DNA of 64,000 bases from Squalus acanthias (GCA_030390025.1 CM059438.1:68078001-68142000); one strand, 5' to 3'. Positions 1-13,115 are shown, counted from the first letter of the stretch. Notes: a model not told the origin generated them from the letters alone. Numbers and translations: made by a program.

Positions 1-15
1 AAAAGAGGACTCATT

Positions 16-187
16 GGAGTAGATCTTAAACTTCGCCAATTATCTGGCGAGGCAGATTGTCTGCGTCTGATAGAACCCACCCTGAACCCAATGAAATCAA
101 TGGAGTGAAAATGGGCAGGTTCTATAAAGGGTGGGTGATCCGCTCAGCCAGATTACTGCCCAGGCAGTGAAGACAAAAATCTACCCC
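16..187. mobile_element. Small PIF/Harbinger-type MITE
   Basis: Imperfect TIRs GGAGTAGATCTT...AAAATCTACCCC flanked by ATT/ATT 3-bp TSD. Related fragments near 15080-15180 and 15990-16130. Confidence 0.6.
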
Positions 188-2254
188 ATTATTTTTATGT
201 TTGAGGATTTTTGGAGAGCAAAACTTAAATACTTATTTCTCTTTTAAGTTTTGCGATGATCTTACACAAGATCTACTACCTGCATAATTCTATATCACTG
301 CGCGGGGGATTATAGATTTATCTGCATTTGATCAGTTTAGAAAATTACTGGGGTGACTCTACGATCTAGTGCTAGTGGTGGGTGGGTCCCTGTCGAGATG
401 TCATGGGGTTTACAGGTGAATGGAAACTCGTGGGCTGTCTACCTGCCATTTGCAGAGCTGAACCCACTGTGAGCGCTGCCCCCCCTGCTGGAAACTATGG
501 TATTGCCACCTGCAGCCTCAGAGATAAGTATTCTCCGTTTTCTTGGCTTCCTGTTGGATTTGCTGAAGACTACTTCAATTCCTGACTGATGCTTGTCTTC
601 ACTGTTCCAGCAGGCCATACATCGATTCGAGCTTGCAGTGCTAATTGCTGTGGAGAGTTGCTCAGTGGACATTGCAGTTTTTAAATGTTGTTTTGTTTCA
701 AGTCAGTCGCACAACATGTAATTCAGCTGAGTGCCAAGTTTTCGAGATGTCTCACAACAGAGAGGCATTGCTAGTTATGCCAGTTTAGTGTAGAATTGAC
801 ACTGACATTGTATTTGTTCCCAGGAGCTGTTGTGCAGCAGTATCATGTTGTTTTATGCACAAACTCAAAATTCCTACACAAAGTTCATTGATTGCATGTA
901 TGCCAAGGGGGCATTTATACTGGCAGTGGTTTTTTTTTGCATTGAGGCAAAGTGGTTTTGGATGTATATCAACAGAAAGGTGAAAGTATTACTCAGTAGG
1001 ATGCAGAGCCCACTGAGGTGTGGGACCTCTCTTACTCCCCACCCCCAGGAGGTCATCTCCCATTGGTTTGAGTTTGTGGTGAGTGCAGTATAACTCCAGC
1101 TTGTTGGTCATTTGATCATTCACATCATCATCGTTGAAAACGTGTTCAGATCCATTGATTTTTGACATGTAGTGCTTGTCATTCATCATGTTTATAACTG
1201 TCTATGCCAAGAAACTCTGTCTCTGGATTGTTGGTAACTGATACATTTCTTTCCTTTCTGCCTGAAGGCACTGACTCTTGCTGAGGTACGCAGAGATAGC
1301 TGCTGCCGCCAGTATTTCATACAAGTGGCCATTCTTCATTTGTGAGATTTGATAGTGGCTGTCAACGAGCTAGTTGACTGTAGGGGTTAATTCTGTCTTC
1401 AGCCAACACGCACACCTCTTTTAACAAAGAGCTGGTATGGACATGATGCCCCAAAATGGCCTTCTCCTGTGCTGTGAATTGCTATAGTTCTAATTGTGCA
1501 GGACTCACCGGACAGCTATCAGGACGGGGAACCCTGACAATTTTTCCCCTTTGTAGGCTGCAGGGTCGTGACCCATTGTACTGCCCCCACTGCCACCCAA
1601 CTAAGGTCACCTTTGATGGGTAAATGTCAAGGAATGAACGTGGGACTTTGACCGTCCTTCCAGCTCAGTGTCACACCAAGTGATGTATGTCGCCATTGGA
1701 CTTCTCAGTGGCAGATATTTGTAGAAACAACAGCACCTTCGTGTATCTTGTTGAAGAAAGCATGAAAGCTACAGATTTCTTTTAGTTATTAGGATTGAGT
1801 ATGTCCTTTCAATTTTTCTTTGTGTGTTTTTGGCTTCTATAGATGAAAGAGCCAGACCATTTGCTCCTTACTGGGGTGTAACTATATTGTTTAAAATTTG
1901 AGACTTGTGGTGTAGTCAAGCAGTTTGGTAAGGTTTGTAGTCGTTGAGTTGCCTGTCAATGTTCAGGTGGTTCCTGTTCATCTTTTAGGTAAATGTTTGC
2001 ACTTATCAATGGTGATCAGTGCAGGAGGATAGTTTGGGCAAATGGGGTGTGGACAGTTACGGGGGGAAAAAAATTGTGGAGTTCATTTTGACACAAAGTA
2101 AAATTTCTGTCTTGGTCGGCCTGGCTCTATCTAAAGGCATTTTAATAGAAACACAGGCAGAATTCAAAGTGGGAGTTGTCATTCCCTAAGTTTGACCAGA
2201 AATGTTCAGGCTGTGAAAATAGGCAGATATTTAAAAATCTTTTTTTAAAAAGCA

Positions 2255-3100
2255 TAATACTGCGGATCCGAAATAAAAACAGAAAATACTGGAAATACTC
2301 AGCAGGTCAGGCAGCATTTGTGGCGAGAGAAACAGAGTTCACGAAAGGTCATCGACCTGAAACGTTGGGCTCGATTTTGCCAGGCCCGAGGAGGCGGGAA
2401 TGGAGGCGTGTGGGGTGTTAAAATTGCAAAAAATGGCGGGCGGGCCCAACCCCGCCTCCATCCCGCCTCCGAGCAATTTCCCAAATGCGTGGTTTCTGAT
2501 CCCGTCTCCGTCCCGCCTCCAAGAGGCAGGATAGGCCCTTAACAACCACTTAATTGCCTCTATAATCCCATTTTGAGAGGCCTTTCTGATTTTAACACTT
2601 TTCCGACGTGATGCACGCCTCCTCTGAAACACGACGGTGAAACCTGGCGGTAGCACACTTGGATTGCTGACTATCAGCTGCAGCTCCACCATTAAAGAGG
2701 AGATTTGATCAATCGTCATTATGGGGAACTTTTAGCAGGGGTGGTGGTGGTGGTGGTAGATGACTTAGGTCTCCTGCTGCTCATTTTGCCTCCAGGCCCC
2801 TCTCACAGCAAAGGCCAAAAGGTTGGCAGTCTTTGCAGACCTTAAATGCAGCAGCAATGATGACATCATCAGAGGCGACTTTCAGACTGATAAAACTACA
2901 TGGGTTCCCACATGCTGGAACTCAATTGCCCAATTAGGGGAAAATCGAATAATTCTCCCACATCCAATTGGAGTCGGGTGGCTAACACGAAAAGCGGATG
3001 ACACGACCCCAGCCCGCCCCATGACAAAATCGAGCCCGTTAACTCTGTTTCTCTCTCCACAGATGCTGCCTAACCTGCTGAGTCTTTCCAGATTTTATTT
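2255..3100. repeat. Palindromic Penelope-derived short repeat, interrupted by a MITE
   Basis: Inverted arms CTCAGCAGGTCAGGCAGCAT...GAAACAGAGTT / AACTCTGTTTCTC...ATGCTGCCTAACCTGCTGAGT. The same tail occurs at 10830-10965 and 23316-23400. Confidence 0.5.
2367..3037. mobile_element. Non-autonomous Harbinger element (deletion derivative related to 5145-9350)
   Basis: TIRs GGGCTCGATTTTG / CAAAATCGAGCCC with perfect GTT/GTT TSD. Both ends share blocks with the ends of the 4.2-kb element (e.g. TATAATCCCATTTTGAGAGGCCTTT, CATCAGAGGCGA). Confidence 0.85.
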
Positions 3101-3429
3101 TGACCAGAAATAAGTTACAGTAAATGCACATTGATCCATGATTGGGAACAGTGTGTTTCATGTGCAAGGTGTCATCAATTAACAATTCTATTGTAGACTG
3201 TACTATTGTGTGTGTTAAAAGGGTGGGGGCCCTCCAACCGTCCGAAGTGATGATATATTTTAATCTCAGCAAAATGTTTTCAGTGTCTGTTAATGTAAAT
3301 GAAAAAACAGCATTGTTGCTTTTGGAATATAAGCAAGTTTGATGTGTCATTCTATCTTCAACAGCAAACGTATACTTAAAACAAGACTGTACCACCAGTC
3401 CAACAGTTTCCTTTCTTATTCTGAGCATG

Positions 3430-3648
3430 ATTGGAATTCTCTACCCCAGAGGCCTATGGAGGCTCAGTCATTGAGTATATTCAAGGCTGAGATCGATAGA
3501 TTTTTGGACACTAAGGGAATCATGTGATATGGGGATCGGGCGGGAAAGTGGATTTGAGGTCGAGGATCAGCCATGACCTTATTGAATGGAAGAGCAGGCT
3601 CGAGGTGCCATATGGCCTACTCCCCCTCTGATTTCTTATGTTCTTATG
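3430..3648 (+). mobile_element. CR1 LINE 3' end fragment
   Basis: Encodes WNSLPQRPMEAQSLSIFKAEIDRFL. The 3' tail matches that of the CR1 at 36078-36293. Confidence 0.8.
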
Positions 3649-4452
3649 ATCAGAGGCAGAATCTCCATAACAAAAGCCTACATTTTGTTATTTGTGCAAA
3701 GGGAGACTTTGCAAAACCGAAAAAGCATTGCTTATGCAGAGATGATTGTATTTGTTTCAGTAGACTACAGGAGACCACTTTCAGTGAATTCTCTACACAG
3801 TAGATAGGGCAATATTACTTTGTATTCAATGGTACCGACCAACATCATTGTCTTTTTCTGTAAATTGTTTGTGTAAATAAATATGTTTCATAGTTTTAGC
3901 CTGTAAAAATTGGGAGCTAAGTGTGATACCATTTTGTCTTTCAAGAGACAGATGATGCAGTGAGAATACCACTCACATTCCAATATGCAATGTTACTGCA
4001 AAATAGGGTCATTGTTAATCTTGGACTATGCCAAGTAAGAGATACTTCTCTAGTTCCCAAGCAGCATTGTTCACTCAAAAATCTAGTTCAAACATAAAAA
4101 TAGAAGTGATGTTTACAAAAGCCTGAGTCTAACCCCCTATCATAGAACATAGAAATTGTGTGAATCAGATTGCAGTAGGAGTTGTGTCAGCATCAAGTGC
4201 TCCCAGACCAGGTTTTGCATGGGTTAAATGCAAAGTAAAACCTCCCTCTACTCCACCCCAACAATGTGCCTTAAGCTGATCTTCAGAAGAGCAATCCGTG
4301 CATCATCACAAGGGTATTTCCAATTTCAATAATGGCCACCTTTACAGCCATTGTGTGAATTTGATGCCAATTTAAGTTGAATGCAGAGTTCCAGCTCTGT
4401 GCCACAAAGCAAGAGCTGGTTGAGACTAACAAACTAATTTCACATTAGACCT

Positions 4453-5130
4453 TGCTGGATTTTCTCAATGGAGACATGCTGGAGGCAGGACTTCTGGTTT
4501 CCGGGTTTCAGTCCCACCCCCAGCGACGTCTGACCAACCCATGCTATTTTCCCTTGATTGGCCTTGTTAAGCCCGCCCCTGCAGGCTTACCGGCCAATTA
4601 AGGGAAAGCCGGTGACAGATGACATCAGTGTATGACGCTTCATCTGTCGAAAAATTTTTGACAGATGAATTGTCAGCGTTTGACAGCTTTGAGAAGCTGT
4701 CAAACACTGACAATCTCTGTTCTAAGGTGAGCCCTTGCACAGAAGGCTCACCAAGACTTCTCTCCTCAGCAGAAAGCAGATGGCTGCTGCATCTGAGAAT
4801 GCAGCAGCCATTCTGTCATCTCTGCTGTTGAGATGAGGCACCTCCAGATCCTCAAAGGTTGAAGCCTACAGTAAGAAGCAAAGGTAAGGAAACTTTTTCC
4901 AACACTTTACGTTCACCTCTCATACTTACCTGTCCACACAGGCAGTTAAGTGGCTCTAATCTCCATCCCGCCTCGAGGAGACGGGTCCCTGCTCGAGTCG
5001 GGGACCCGCCTCCCGGGAAGATAGCACGGAGGCGGGTTGGGAGCGGGGTTGGTACCCACTCCCAGATTCTGCCATTTTCCCGGCAGTCCCACCTCCCTTC
5101 CCGCCTCCCCAGGGCTGGGAAAATTCCCCC
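4453..5130. mobile_element. Harbinger-type MITE (family also at 30530-34568 and 45110-55327)
   Basis: Ends ..CTGGATTTTC / GAAAATTCCCCC. Internal blocks GGCCAATTAAGGGAAAGCC and TGACAGATGAATTGTCA are shared with the other copies. Left end approximate. Confidence 0.7.
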
Positions 5131-5671
5131 AGTCTGGAGAGAAAGGGTTGGATTTTACCAGCCCCGAGGAGGCGGGTTTGAAGGCGGGTCAGGTGGGAAA
5201 GTTGTAAAAAATGATGGCGGGTTCTGATCCCACTGTCAACCCACCTCTGCGCAACTTTCCCAAAGGCAGGCTTGCAGACTCCGTTTTGGTCCTGCCTCCA
5301 AGCGGCGGGATAGGCCCTTTAGGCACTTAACTGCTACTTAACGACCTCTATAATCCCATTTTGAGAGGCCTTTCAAATTTTGCCACATTTCCAGTGTGTG
5401 GCACGTCTCTCCTGAAACACGGCAGCTAATCCTGTCTGGTTCACAAGTGGCTGGCTTCCTAACAGCTGCAGTTCCACCATTAAAATGGAGTTTTCAACAA
5501 GGATCAGTTGCAAGTGGCAGAACTTTGTTTTCTCAGGTCTTGGAGAACTTTTTGCAGGTCTACTGATTTTGGAAGTGTTGAAGCTGAGATCCATCTCCAC
5601 TGTGACCTCCTGGGAAACCCCTCTCCCCACATTGACTGAGCGCTTCCTCAACTGAGGTATATACCAGCAGC

Positions 5672-6919
5672 ATGGGAACCATTTATTTCCTTTCCTCCTG
5701 GACCTCAGATTCGGACGAAGACCAGCCATGGCAGCAGCAGAACCAGGAACAACAGCAGCACCAACATCAGCAGCAACAACAGGAGCGCCAGCCTGCTGCT
5801 CACCCACCTGAAGCTGCACAGGGCAGAAGGCGCCAGCGCAGGGAAGCACGTCGCCGCAGGAGATACCCCCAAAACAGGGTTTACAGGATGAGGCTGAGCT
5901 TCCTCAACAAGACTGAGCAGCAGTGCCAAAGGAGGCTGAGACTTTCACGAGACGTAGTGGCTGACATCTGCGCAATGCTGCAGCAAGACCTAGAGCCCAG
6001 AGGAACGGGTGGACACCCCTTATCAGTGGTCGTAAAAGTCACCACCGCACTCAACTTTTTTGCTTCAGGCTCATTCCAGGGATCAACAGCAGACATCAGT
6101 GGCATCTCCCAGTTGGCCGCACACACTTGCATCACGCAGGTTACCGATGCCCCCTTTGCAAAGGCGCACAATTACATAACCTTCTCCAAGGATCAAGCAA
6201 GTATAACCGCGCATGCGGTTGAATTTGCTAATATGGCATGCTTGCCAAGGGTGTAGGGTGTCGTAGACTGCACACATGTGGCCCTTAAGGCACCCCATCA
6301 CAATCCAGGTCTTTTTGTCAACCGCAAGGGCTTCGACTCCCTCAACATGCAGCTGGTGTGTAACCAGAAGAAGGACATTTTGCATGTTTGTGCCAAGTAC
6401 CCTGGCAGTTGCCATGACTCCTTCATCCTGCGGCAGCCTAGTGTGCCTCCGCTCTTCAGTCCACCAAACCAACTTTGCGGATGGCTACTTGGAGACAAGG
6501 GCTATCCCCTGAAGACGTGGCTAATGATGCCGTTCAGGAGGCCATCCAACGAAGCTGAGGAGCGCTACAACTCCAGCCACATTTTGACCAGATCCATTAT
6601 CGAGCAAACCATCGGCTTGCTGAAAATGCGATTCAGATGCCTTGATAGATCAGGTGGAGCCCTGCAGTACTCAGCAGCCAGGGTCTCCAGAATCGTCGTG
6701 GTCTGCTATGCACTTCACAACATCGCACAGCATCGTGGCTTGCAGCTGCCTGAGGAACAAGTGGCTCAGCGCATAGCCTCCTCAGATGAGGAGGAGGATG
6801 AGGAGGAGGAGAACGAGAATGAAGACCTTGCAGAGGTGCATCAACCAGTGGCAGCAGGAAGCAAGCACATTGCTGGCCGGGATGCAAGGGATGCACTCCT
6901 CTTGGCCAGATTTGCTTAG
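5672..6919 (+). pseudogene. Harbinger (HARBI1-like) DDE transposase with one in-frame stop
   Basis: ORFs 5672-6256 and 6278-6919 share a frame, separated by TAG ([11 protein letters not shown]). Motifs: [59 protein letters not shown]. Confidence 0.93.
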
Positions 6920-7177
6920 GTTGCCCAATCAAACACATTTGGCTCGCACCTTCTTACCACACCATAGACAATGGATAAGAACCTGTGGCATCCTATCACT
7001 CTGACCACCATCATGACAAATCCAAGTCGCCCTCAGCCCTCAATGTGGAACTTCCATTTGCAAAATGACACGGCCCAGAACTTCAACAGTTTGCCATCAC
7101 TTCATTTTATTACATTGGCTAAAGGATGGCATTTAACAGTTAAACACAACAGAACACCCAAGTGACTACCCTTGTGA

Positions 7178-9067
7178 CTATTTGTGCCTCTTGCTCACTT
7201 TCATGCTGCTCATGCCTCGACACCTTTGGCGGGCGTGCTCTGCGGTTGCGAACCTGTGAGGGCTTGCCAACAGTCTGCTCCTCCTGCGGCTGTGCAGGGG
7301 ATTAGAGGCCCATCTCAGTTGGGTGAGGACTCTGGTGGGGCTCTGACCGAGGGCTCCGCAGTGGCATGGAGTGTGAGCGCTTGGAGAGGAGCCCCCACTT
7401 CCTTTTTCTCTGCCACCAACATCCCTCTCATGGGTCAGCCCCACTTCAGAGCTAGCAAGTGGCTTGACAGCACCTTGCTGCACTTCAGGGGGGCCATGAG
7501 GACCCGTATCTGCACTGGCAGTCCTACTCCATTGGACTTCTATGAAGCTCTGGTTTCTGTGCTCAATAGCTGCCCATCGTTCCTCCAGAGATGTCAGTCT
7601 ATTCTGAACAATCACCATGTTTTCAACACTCTGGCGACTTAGCTCCTCCATGGCCATAGCCATCCTCCCCTCAACCGTAGCCATCCTTTCCACGGTGGTT
7701 GCCATCCTTTCCGTGGTGATGCGTTCATGCGCCAATGCCTCCACAAAAGCTCTGCTCATTTTAGCGATGGACGCCTCCATCCTCTCCACGCTCACAGTGA
7801 CCCTGGAGAAAAAACCTGCCAGAGACTCCTGCACCTGTTCCTGGAGTTCAATCACCGCTCTCCTTCTGGATGGACCCAGAGGCACAGTGTCCACATGCCA
7901 CTGAGCAGAGTTGGGAGCGCCCTGCGGCCTCCGACGAGGACTCTCCACTGCTGTCCCTGTCCCCACCATCTGCTGATGCTCACTTGTGATCTGTGATACA
8001 CCAGGTGACAACACTACTCTATCTCCCGAAGGTCCCACCGAGGTGTGAGTGTCTGCGCTGGTGCTGGGTCCATTTAATTCTGCTGACGCTGCACCCTCAG
8101 AGGTTGCAGCTTCCTCTGAGGAGTCTTCTGGCTCAGGCTGTTCCTCCTGGACAGTGGGGAGGGGGGCTGTCGATGGTCCTGTGGGGGAGTAAAGGAATGC
8201 GTTAGACATGTGATATAAACGTTGCATGCACAGGGAATTGTGCAGATGATCATAAGTCAATCTGTTTGAGCATCAGAAGCCATATCAGTCACTCATGCGA
8301 TGTCAATGAGAGAGATGCAAAACTATTCTGTCATCAACTTGCTCTGATGCGCCCGTCTGTCCGTCCCCCACGTCCACATCCCCCTCAGCTCCCACGATCT
8401 CTAGGGCTGCCTCCTCAGCGCTGGTGAGCTGGGCTATTGAGGGTGGCCCTCCTCCTGTCTTCGCCCTTTCCCTCTTATTGTGGGCTCTCTTTTCCTGCAA
8501 TGAGGGACACAAGTGGAGTTTGAGTGAGAATGATGGAGTGAGTGTAGAGAATTCATAGCATAGATGCTTAGAAGGACACAAAGATGGAGTGAGGTCCCAA
8601 GACCAAGGGCCCTCCCTGTGTGCTGTTAGTTGTTGTCATAGCATCACAGTGATAGGGAGTGCGAGGCCAGCATAGTCGAATAGTTAAGTGATTGTGTACA
8701 TAGAGTGAGAAGGATGGTTAAAGGTGCAAGGGATATAAGGGTAAAGTGGGATGTGGAGGAGTAGGTTGACAATGCAGAGTGCTGGTGATGAGAGGCGATG
8801 GGGAGCAGATTGAGGGTAATGATAATGTTATACTCACTTTTCCTGGTGATTAAACCTCTTTCGGCACTGCAGCCAGGTTCTGCTGCACATTGATCTCGAA
8901 CTGACCTCCTGTGCCAGTTGCAGCCACACAGCTTTGGTCTGCTGGGGAGGTTCTTTCCTCCCAGCGGAAGGAAACGGCACTTCCTTCTGAGCTCTGGCTC
9001 CCTCCACCAGAGCTTGGAGGGAGTCCTCATCAAACCGGGGTGAGGCCTTGGCCCTTGAACTAGACAT
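7178..9067 (-). CDS. Harbinger Myb/SANT-like DNA-binding protein, spliced (about 3 exons, possibly disrupted)
   Basis: Exon 1 RFDEDSLQALV..W..LAQEV..RTWLQCRKRFN ends at a GTGAGT donor (~8837). Exon 2 follows a TTGCAG acceptor at 8494 (EKRAHNKRERAKTGGGP..LTSAEE). Exon 3 follows CCCACAG at 8178 (acidic, then coiled-coil-like). The exon 2 donor and the true stop are unclear. Confidence 0.8.
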
Positions 9068-9774
9068 TCCAAGAGGACCAAACCGTTAGATGATTAGCAA
9101 ATAAAAGTTTTGAGGCAGAAAATGAACCAAGGCTGCTTGGAGCCCTTAAATGCAGCTGCATAAATGACGTCATCAGAGGCGAGTTTCAGGCCCAAAAGAC
9201 TCAGTGGGCCAGGGGTGCGCACACGCTGGGAATCAAGTGCCCAATTAGGGCAAAATAGCTAAATTATCCCGCCTGGCATCGGAGGCGGGAGTGGGACCCG
9301 CCGACCACCTGACCCACCCCCAACCCGCCACCAATGGCAAAATCCAGCCCAAGGTATTTCCATGCTATCAGTCTGGGCTGCATTCAGCACAGGAGCATTC
9401 AGCACAGGATTTACAGTATGCTACCCAGGTCGTTTATTTCATTTTAATTGGAGTTATTATAAATGCAAAGGGTGCTCTAATGTTTTATGTGGCATGATAT
9501 TATTCCGAACAAAATACACTTTTTTTTTCCAACGGATGTCACATCTGAATGTATGAATCTTTTCTCAAGGAACATTGATGCTGACACCACTCCTACTCGA
9601 AACTGCTCTGCACAATTTCTTCTTTAAAGTTCAGGCTATTTTACACATTGCTTCCCTATTAATATTACCAGACTCCCCATGAGTGAGCAATGCTGATTGG
9701 GTACTGGAAGAGTATGTTTTCCTCGGCATTGCCCAAGACCAACAATTACCCTATTTAGCAGTAACACCGGTTTT

Positions 9775-9882
9775 CTTATATTACAACAGTGACACTTCAA
9801 AAGTACTTAATTGGCTGTAATGTGCTTTAGGATGTCCTGAGGTCATGAAAGGTGCTATATAAATGCAAATTCCTTTCTTTCA
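9775..9882 (+). mobile_element. 3' fragment of SacSINE1-like (Deu/L2-tail) SINE
   Basis: ACAACAGTGAC..TTCAAAAGTAC..ATTGGCTGTAA..GGTGCTATATAAATGCAA tail, shared with 15210-15410, 24240-24345 and the copy at 22660-23092. Confidence 0.65.
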
Positions 9883-10114
9883 CTGAAATTTGAGTGCTGT
9901 TCTCACTGCATCAGCTGTCTCCTGAAAGACAAAACCATATCACACTTAGACTGTAGTGTTAGATTACAGTTAATAAATTATTTCTACTTTGCTTTATAAA
10001 TCTTCACCTGTTCTTGACACAAAACTTCAGATCTCAGTACATTGCAATGTAAGTGTATCTATTAATTCTGATTCCTTCTGCTGGAACTGTCGTTTTGCGA
10101 GGTGAGGATGCATT

Positions 10115-10411
10115 CACAGAATCCCCACAGTGCAGATAGAGGCCATTTCGGCCCATCAAGCCTGCACCGACACATATCCCACCCTATCCCCGTAACCCCA
10201 CGTATTTAATCCCCCCTAACACTAAGGGTCAATTTATCATAGCCAAATCACCCTAACCCGCACATCTTTGGACTGTGGGAGGAAACCAGAGCAAACCCAC
10301 ACAGACACGGGGAGAATGTGCAAACTCCACACAGACAGTCACCCGTGGCCGGATTCGAACGCAGGTCCCTGGCACTGTGAGGCAACAGTGCTAACCACTA
10401 TGCCACCGTGT
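10115..10411 (-). mobile_element. tRNA-derived SINE (HE1/V-SINE-like) with CR1-like tail
   Basis: Minus strand begins CACGGTGGCATAGTGGTTAGCAC (A box), then GTTCGAATCC (B box). A second copy is at 34133-34460. Confidence 0.8.
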
Positions 10412-10833
10412 TGGTTCTGTGTTTGTATCACTTCTGCAACTTGAGTATATTCAACTCTTCACTACAGAAACTCTCAGCCTTGTTCTACAATCAGCTAGTT
10501 GCACCCCGGCCCCCATCACATATATATATATTTTTATTTTATTTTTTCTTATCCGCACTTTTGTTTGGCCTTTGTTTCTTCCCCCCCAGAAGCTGGCAGC
10601 TGTCCTTCATTCTGCCAGCGCAATTCACACTTCATCTAGAGCCATCCTTTGTCTCTTAACCTGTCACATTACCATCTCCTCTTGCCTTGAATATCTCTTA
10701 ATGTCTCTCAATGTCTCTTAATCTCTCCTGCTTTCTATCCTATCACTGACCTTCCCTTTTGTTCTTTCATCCCCTCCCCGGTTCCCAGCCCCTAAACTTG
10801 CTTTAAAATCTATTTCATTTCCTGCTTTTTTCC

Positions 10834-10870
10834 AGTTCTGACGAAAGGTCTTCGACCTGAAATGTTAACT
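10834..10870 (+). ncRNA. Putative minimal hammerhead ribozyme motif in a Penelope-like 3' end
   Basis: AGTT-CTGACGA-A-AGGTC(TTC)GACCT-GAAA-TGTT-AACT: hammerhead core boxes, stem II and a short helix I. Confidence 0.5.
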
Positions 10871-11237
10871 CTGTTTCTCTCTCCACGGATGCTGCCTGGC
10901 CTGCTGAGTTTTTCCAGCGTTTTCTGTTGTTATTTCGGATTTTCAGCATCCGCAGTATTTTGCTATCGTAGTTGCACCTCTTGCTCTGTCTGCATCTCTC
11001 TGGTGTATGCAACAAAGTCATGATGTATGTTCATTAGGATATCATTGCAATGTCAGGATTTTGTAATTTGAATAATTAAATCAGGATTTACAATACCTGA
11101 ATGTTGAAGTTGGGATGCAATAAATAATGTCAACATTTCGCTATTGAAGAATATGAAATATTGATTTAATAAACTAATTTGTGAATATTTGAAGACTATA
11201 ATAATTCAGATCTACTGCATTTGCACTTGAAAAGAAT

Positions 11238-11978
11238 GGCCCAGAAATTAGTGCCGCTACGCGAGAGTACGCACTGCGTACTCTCGCGTATTCTGTCTCC
11301 AATTGCCGGTTTTCTGCATGCACTGCGCATGCGCTGAAAACCGGCACTTGGTGAATGGAAAAGGGGGCGGGTCCTAGGTGAACCGCGTGCGCGCTACAGG
11401 CTGCGCGCACACTGTGCACTTAGTGGTTTCAACGCGCAGGTAAGTACGGAAGATTCTACACATAAAAAAAGGAGGAGTAAGACCCACTTTTAACAAGGTA
11501 AGTAGTGAATTAAGTATTATTTTGAATTTTTTTAACAGGTATATCTTTTTTAGAGACTTTAAAGACAGGTAAGTTTATTTTTATAACTTTTTAAAAGATT
11601 TTAAATTTTTCAAAAATTTAATTTTTTATTTAAAATGGTTAATTTATTTAACTATACTTATTTTATTAATGTGATGGTTTTTTTTTAAATTTAATTGAGG
11701 TTTAGCGGTTCTTTTGGGGGGCTATAGTATTCATAACTTTCACAGCACTTATGTGAAAGTTATGAATGGAAGATCGTGTGCTGCCATTGGCTCTAACTGA
11801 GTCACGTGATCCCACAGCTCGCACGAATTAACTACGCCTGTGGGATACGCAAGCCCAGCACAGCAGCTGTCCAGAACATCAAGTTCGTGCGAGCTGGAAC
11901 TGAAAAAGCCAACGTGCAGTGAGAGATTGCGGGGAGGCCTTACCCTCGCACGAAGGCTTCCTCACGAATTTTTGGGCC
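11238..11978. mobile_element. Harbinger/PHIS-type MITE (family related to 25211, 40450 and 51251)
   Basis: TIRs GGCCCAGAAATT / AATTTTTGGGCC, TSD AAT/AAT, AT-rich core. Confidence 0.85.
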
Positions 11979-12025
11979 AATGATTTTAGTGGTGCCAAGA
12001 ATTTGATTTAATCCACAGAAATGTA

Positions 12026-12744
12026 GGGGGAGTAATTCGGTTTCCCCCCTTTTGGGGACGGTAACTTTTGAAGGCTGGGAAACGTAGCACCAGGCGCTAA
12101 TGATCCCCAGCTTTTTCTAAGTTTGGTGTTTGCGTGCTCCACTTCCTTCCTGGCGCGCTAAAGGACGCAGGCGGGGCGGTAGTGGTGCAGCGCTGCACAA
12201 TGTCCCGTGCAGGGCTGCCACGATTCGAGGCTCCTTCCCTCCCTTAAAGGGAAGGGCCATCGCTGCAGGCTCTGCATTGGGACCAGTTAGCGGGTCCCGG
12301 ATGGCAGCCGCGATCCGGCCCGATCAGCCCTGTGCACTCCAGCAGAGTGCTGGGATGATCAATCGCGGCCCAGGAGAATTGAAAAAAATTTGAAAAAAAT
12401 CATTTTAGAAATGTTCCTACTTACCTCGGCAAGCTCCCCTTTAACTTCTGCCCCCGAAGCGCCCGGCCTCCCGAACAACGCCTCCTGCAGCTGTCGGTGT
12501 CGTCGCCCGGCGATGCTGCAGGGGGCGGAACCGAAGTTCAGGTCCGGGGCGCTACCGGGTCAATGACGCCATGATCTCCGGGCGCAGGAGATCGTGGCGC
12601 AAAGTGTTACCGCCGCCGCAAACCTCCCGGCCAAGTTAGCGGGAGTCATTCATCTTGCCGCGACCGGGCGGTAAGTTGTTGCCGCCTCGTTATCACCTCC
12701 TGGGGGCGCTAACGAGAGGTGCTAACCCACCGAATTTCTCCCCC
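12026..12744. mobile_element. GC/CpG-rich Harbinger-type MITE
   Basis: TIRs GGGGGAGTAATTCGGT / ACCGAATTTCTCCCCC, TSD GTA/GTA. Confidence 0.85.
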
Positions 12745-12994
12745 GTAATGATTTAATATCAACAGAATCAAAGAAGCAGGCATAAATCGCCAGAAGTTTC
12801 ACTGAATTAATAATAATTACTAAATGCTGACTTAAAAAAATAACATTTTGGGTTATATGAAAAGGTTCATAATCTAAATACTGCATCTGTTGAAAAACAT
12901 TGGCATCCCGCAGTTGCTATTCCATGTCAGGGATGCTGAGGACCAACTTGCAAAATCACCAAGTGGGGATTAAAGTAATGTGCTGGGATTGTTT

Positions 12995-13115
12995 TGTGCG
13001 TGTGTGCATACATGTTTGTGCACCGTGTGCGTACATGTGTTCACATGCATGTTTGCATGTATGTGCGTGTGTGTGTGTGTGTACGTGTGTGTGTGCCTCA
13101 GTGTGCGCACGAGCG
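12995..13115. repeat. Degenerate (TG)n microsatellite
   Basis: Alternating purine-pyrimidine TG/CG/TA run. Confidence 0.85.

Larger units (their letters stand above)
5145..9350. mobile_element. PIF/Harbinger DNA transposon, nearly full length, with convergent transposase and Myb/SANT genes
   Basis: TIRs GGGTTGGATTTTACC / GGCAAAATCCAGCCC enclose the two genes typical of Harbingers. Flanks AAA(G)/AAG give an imperfect 3-bp TSD. Confidence 0.92.

Noticed and set aside
5672..6919. Domesticated host HARBI1 gene
   Set aside because: Enclosed by TIRs with a Myb partner and carrying an in-frame stop, so it is a transposon copy.
10340..10411. tRNA gene
   Set aside because: The A/B boxes belong to a SINE head followed by SINE body and LINE-like tail.
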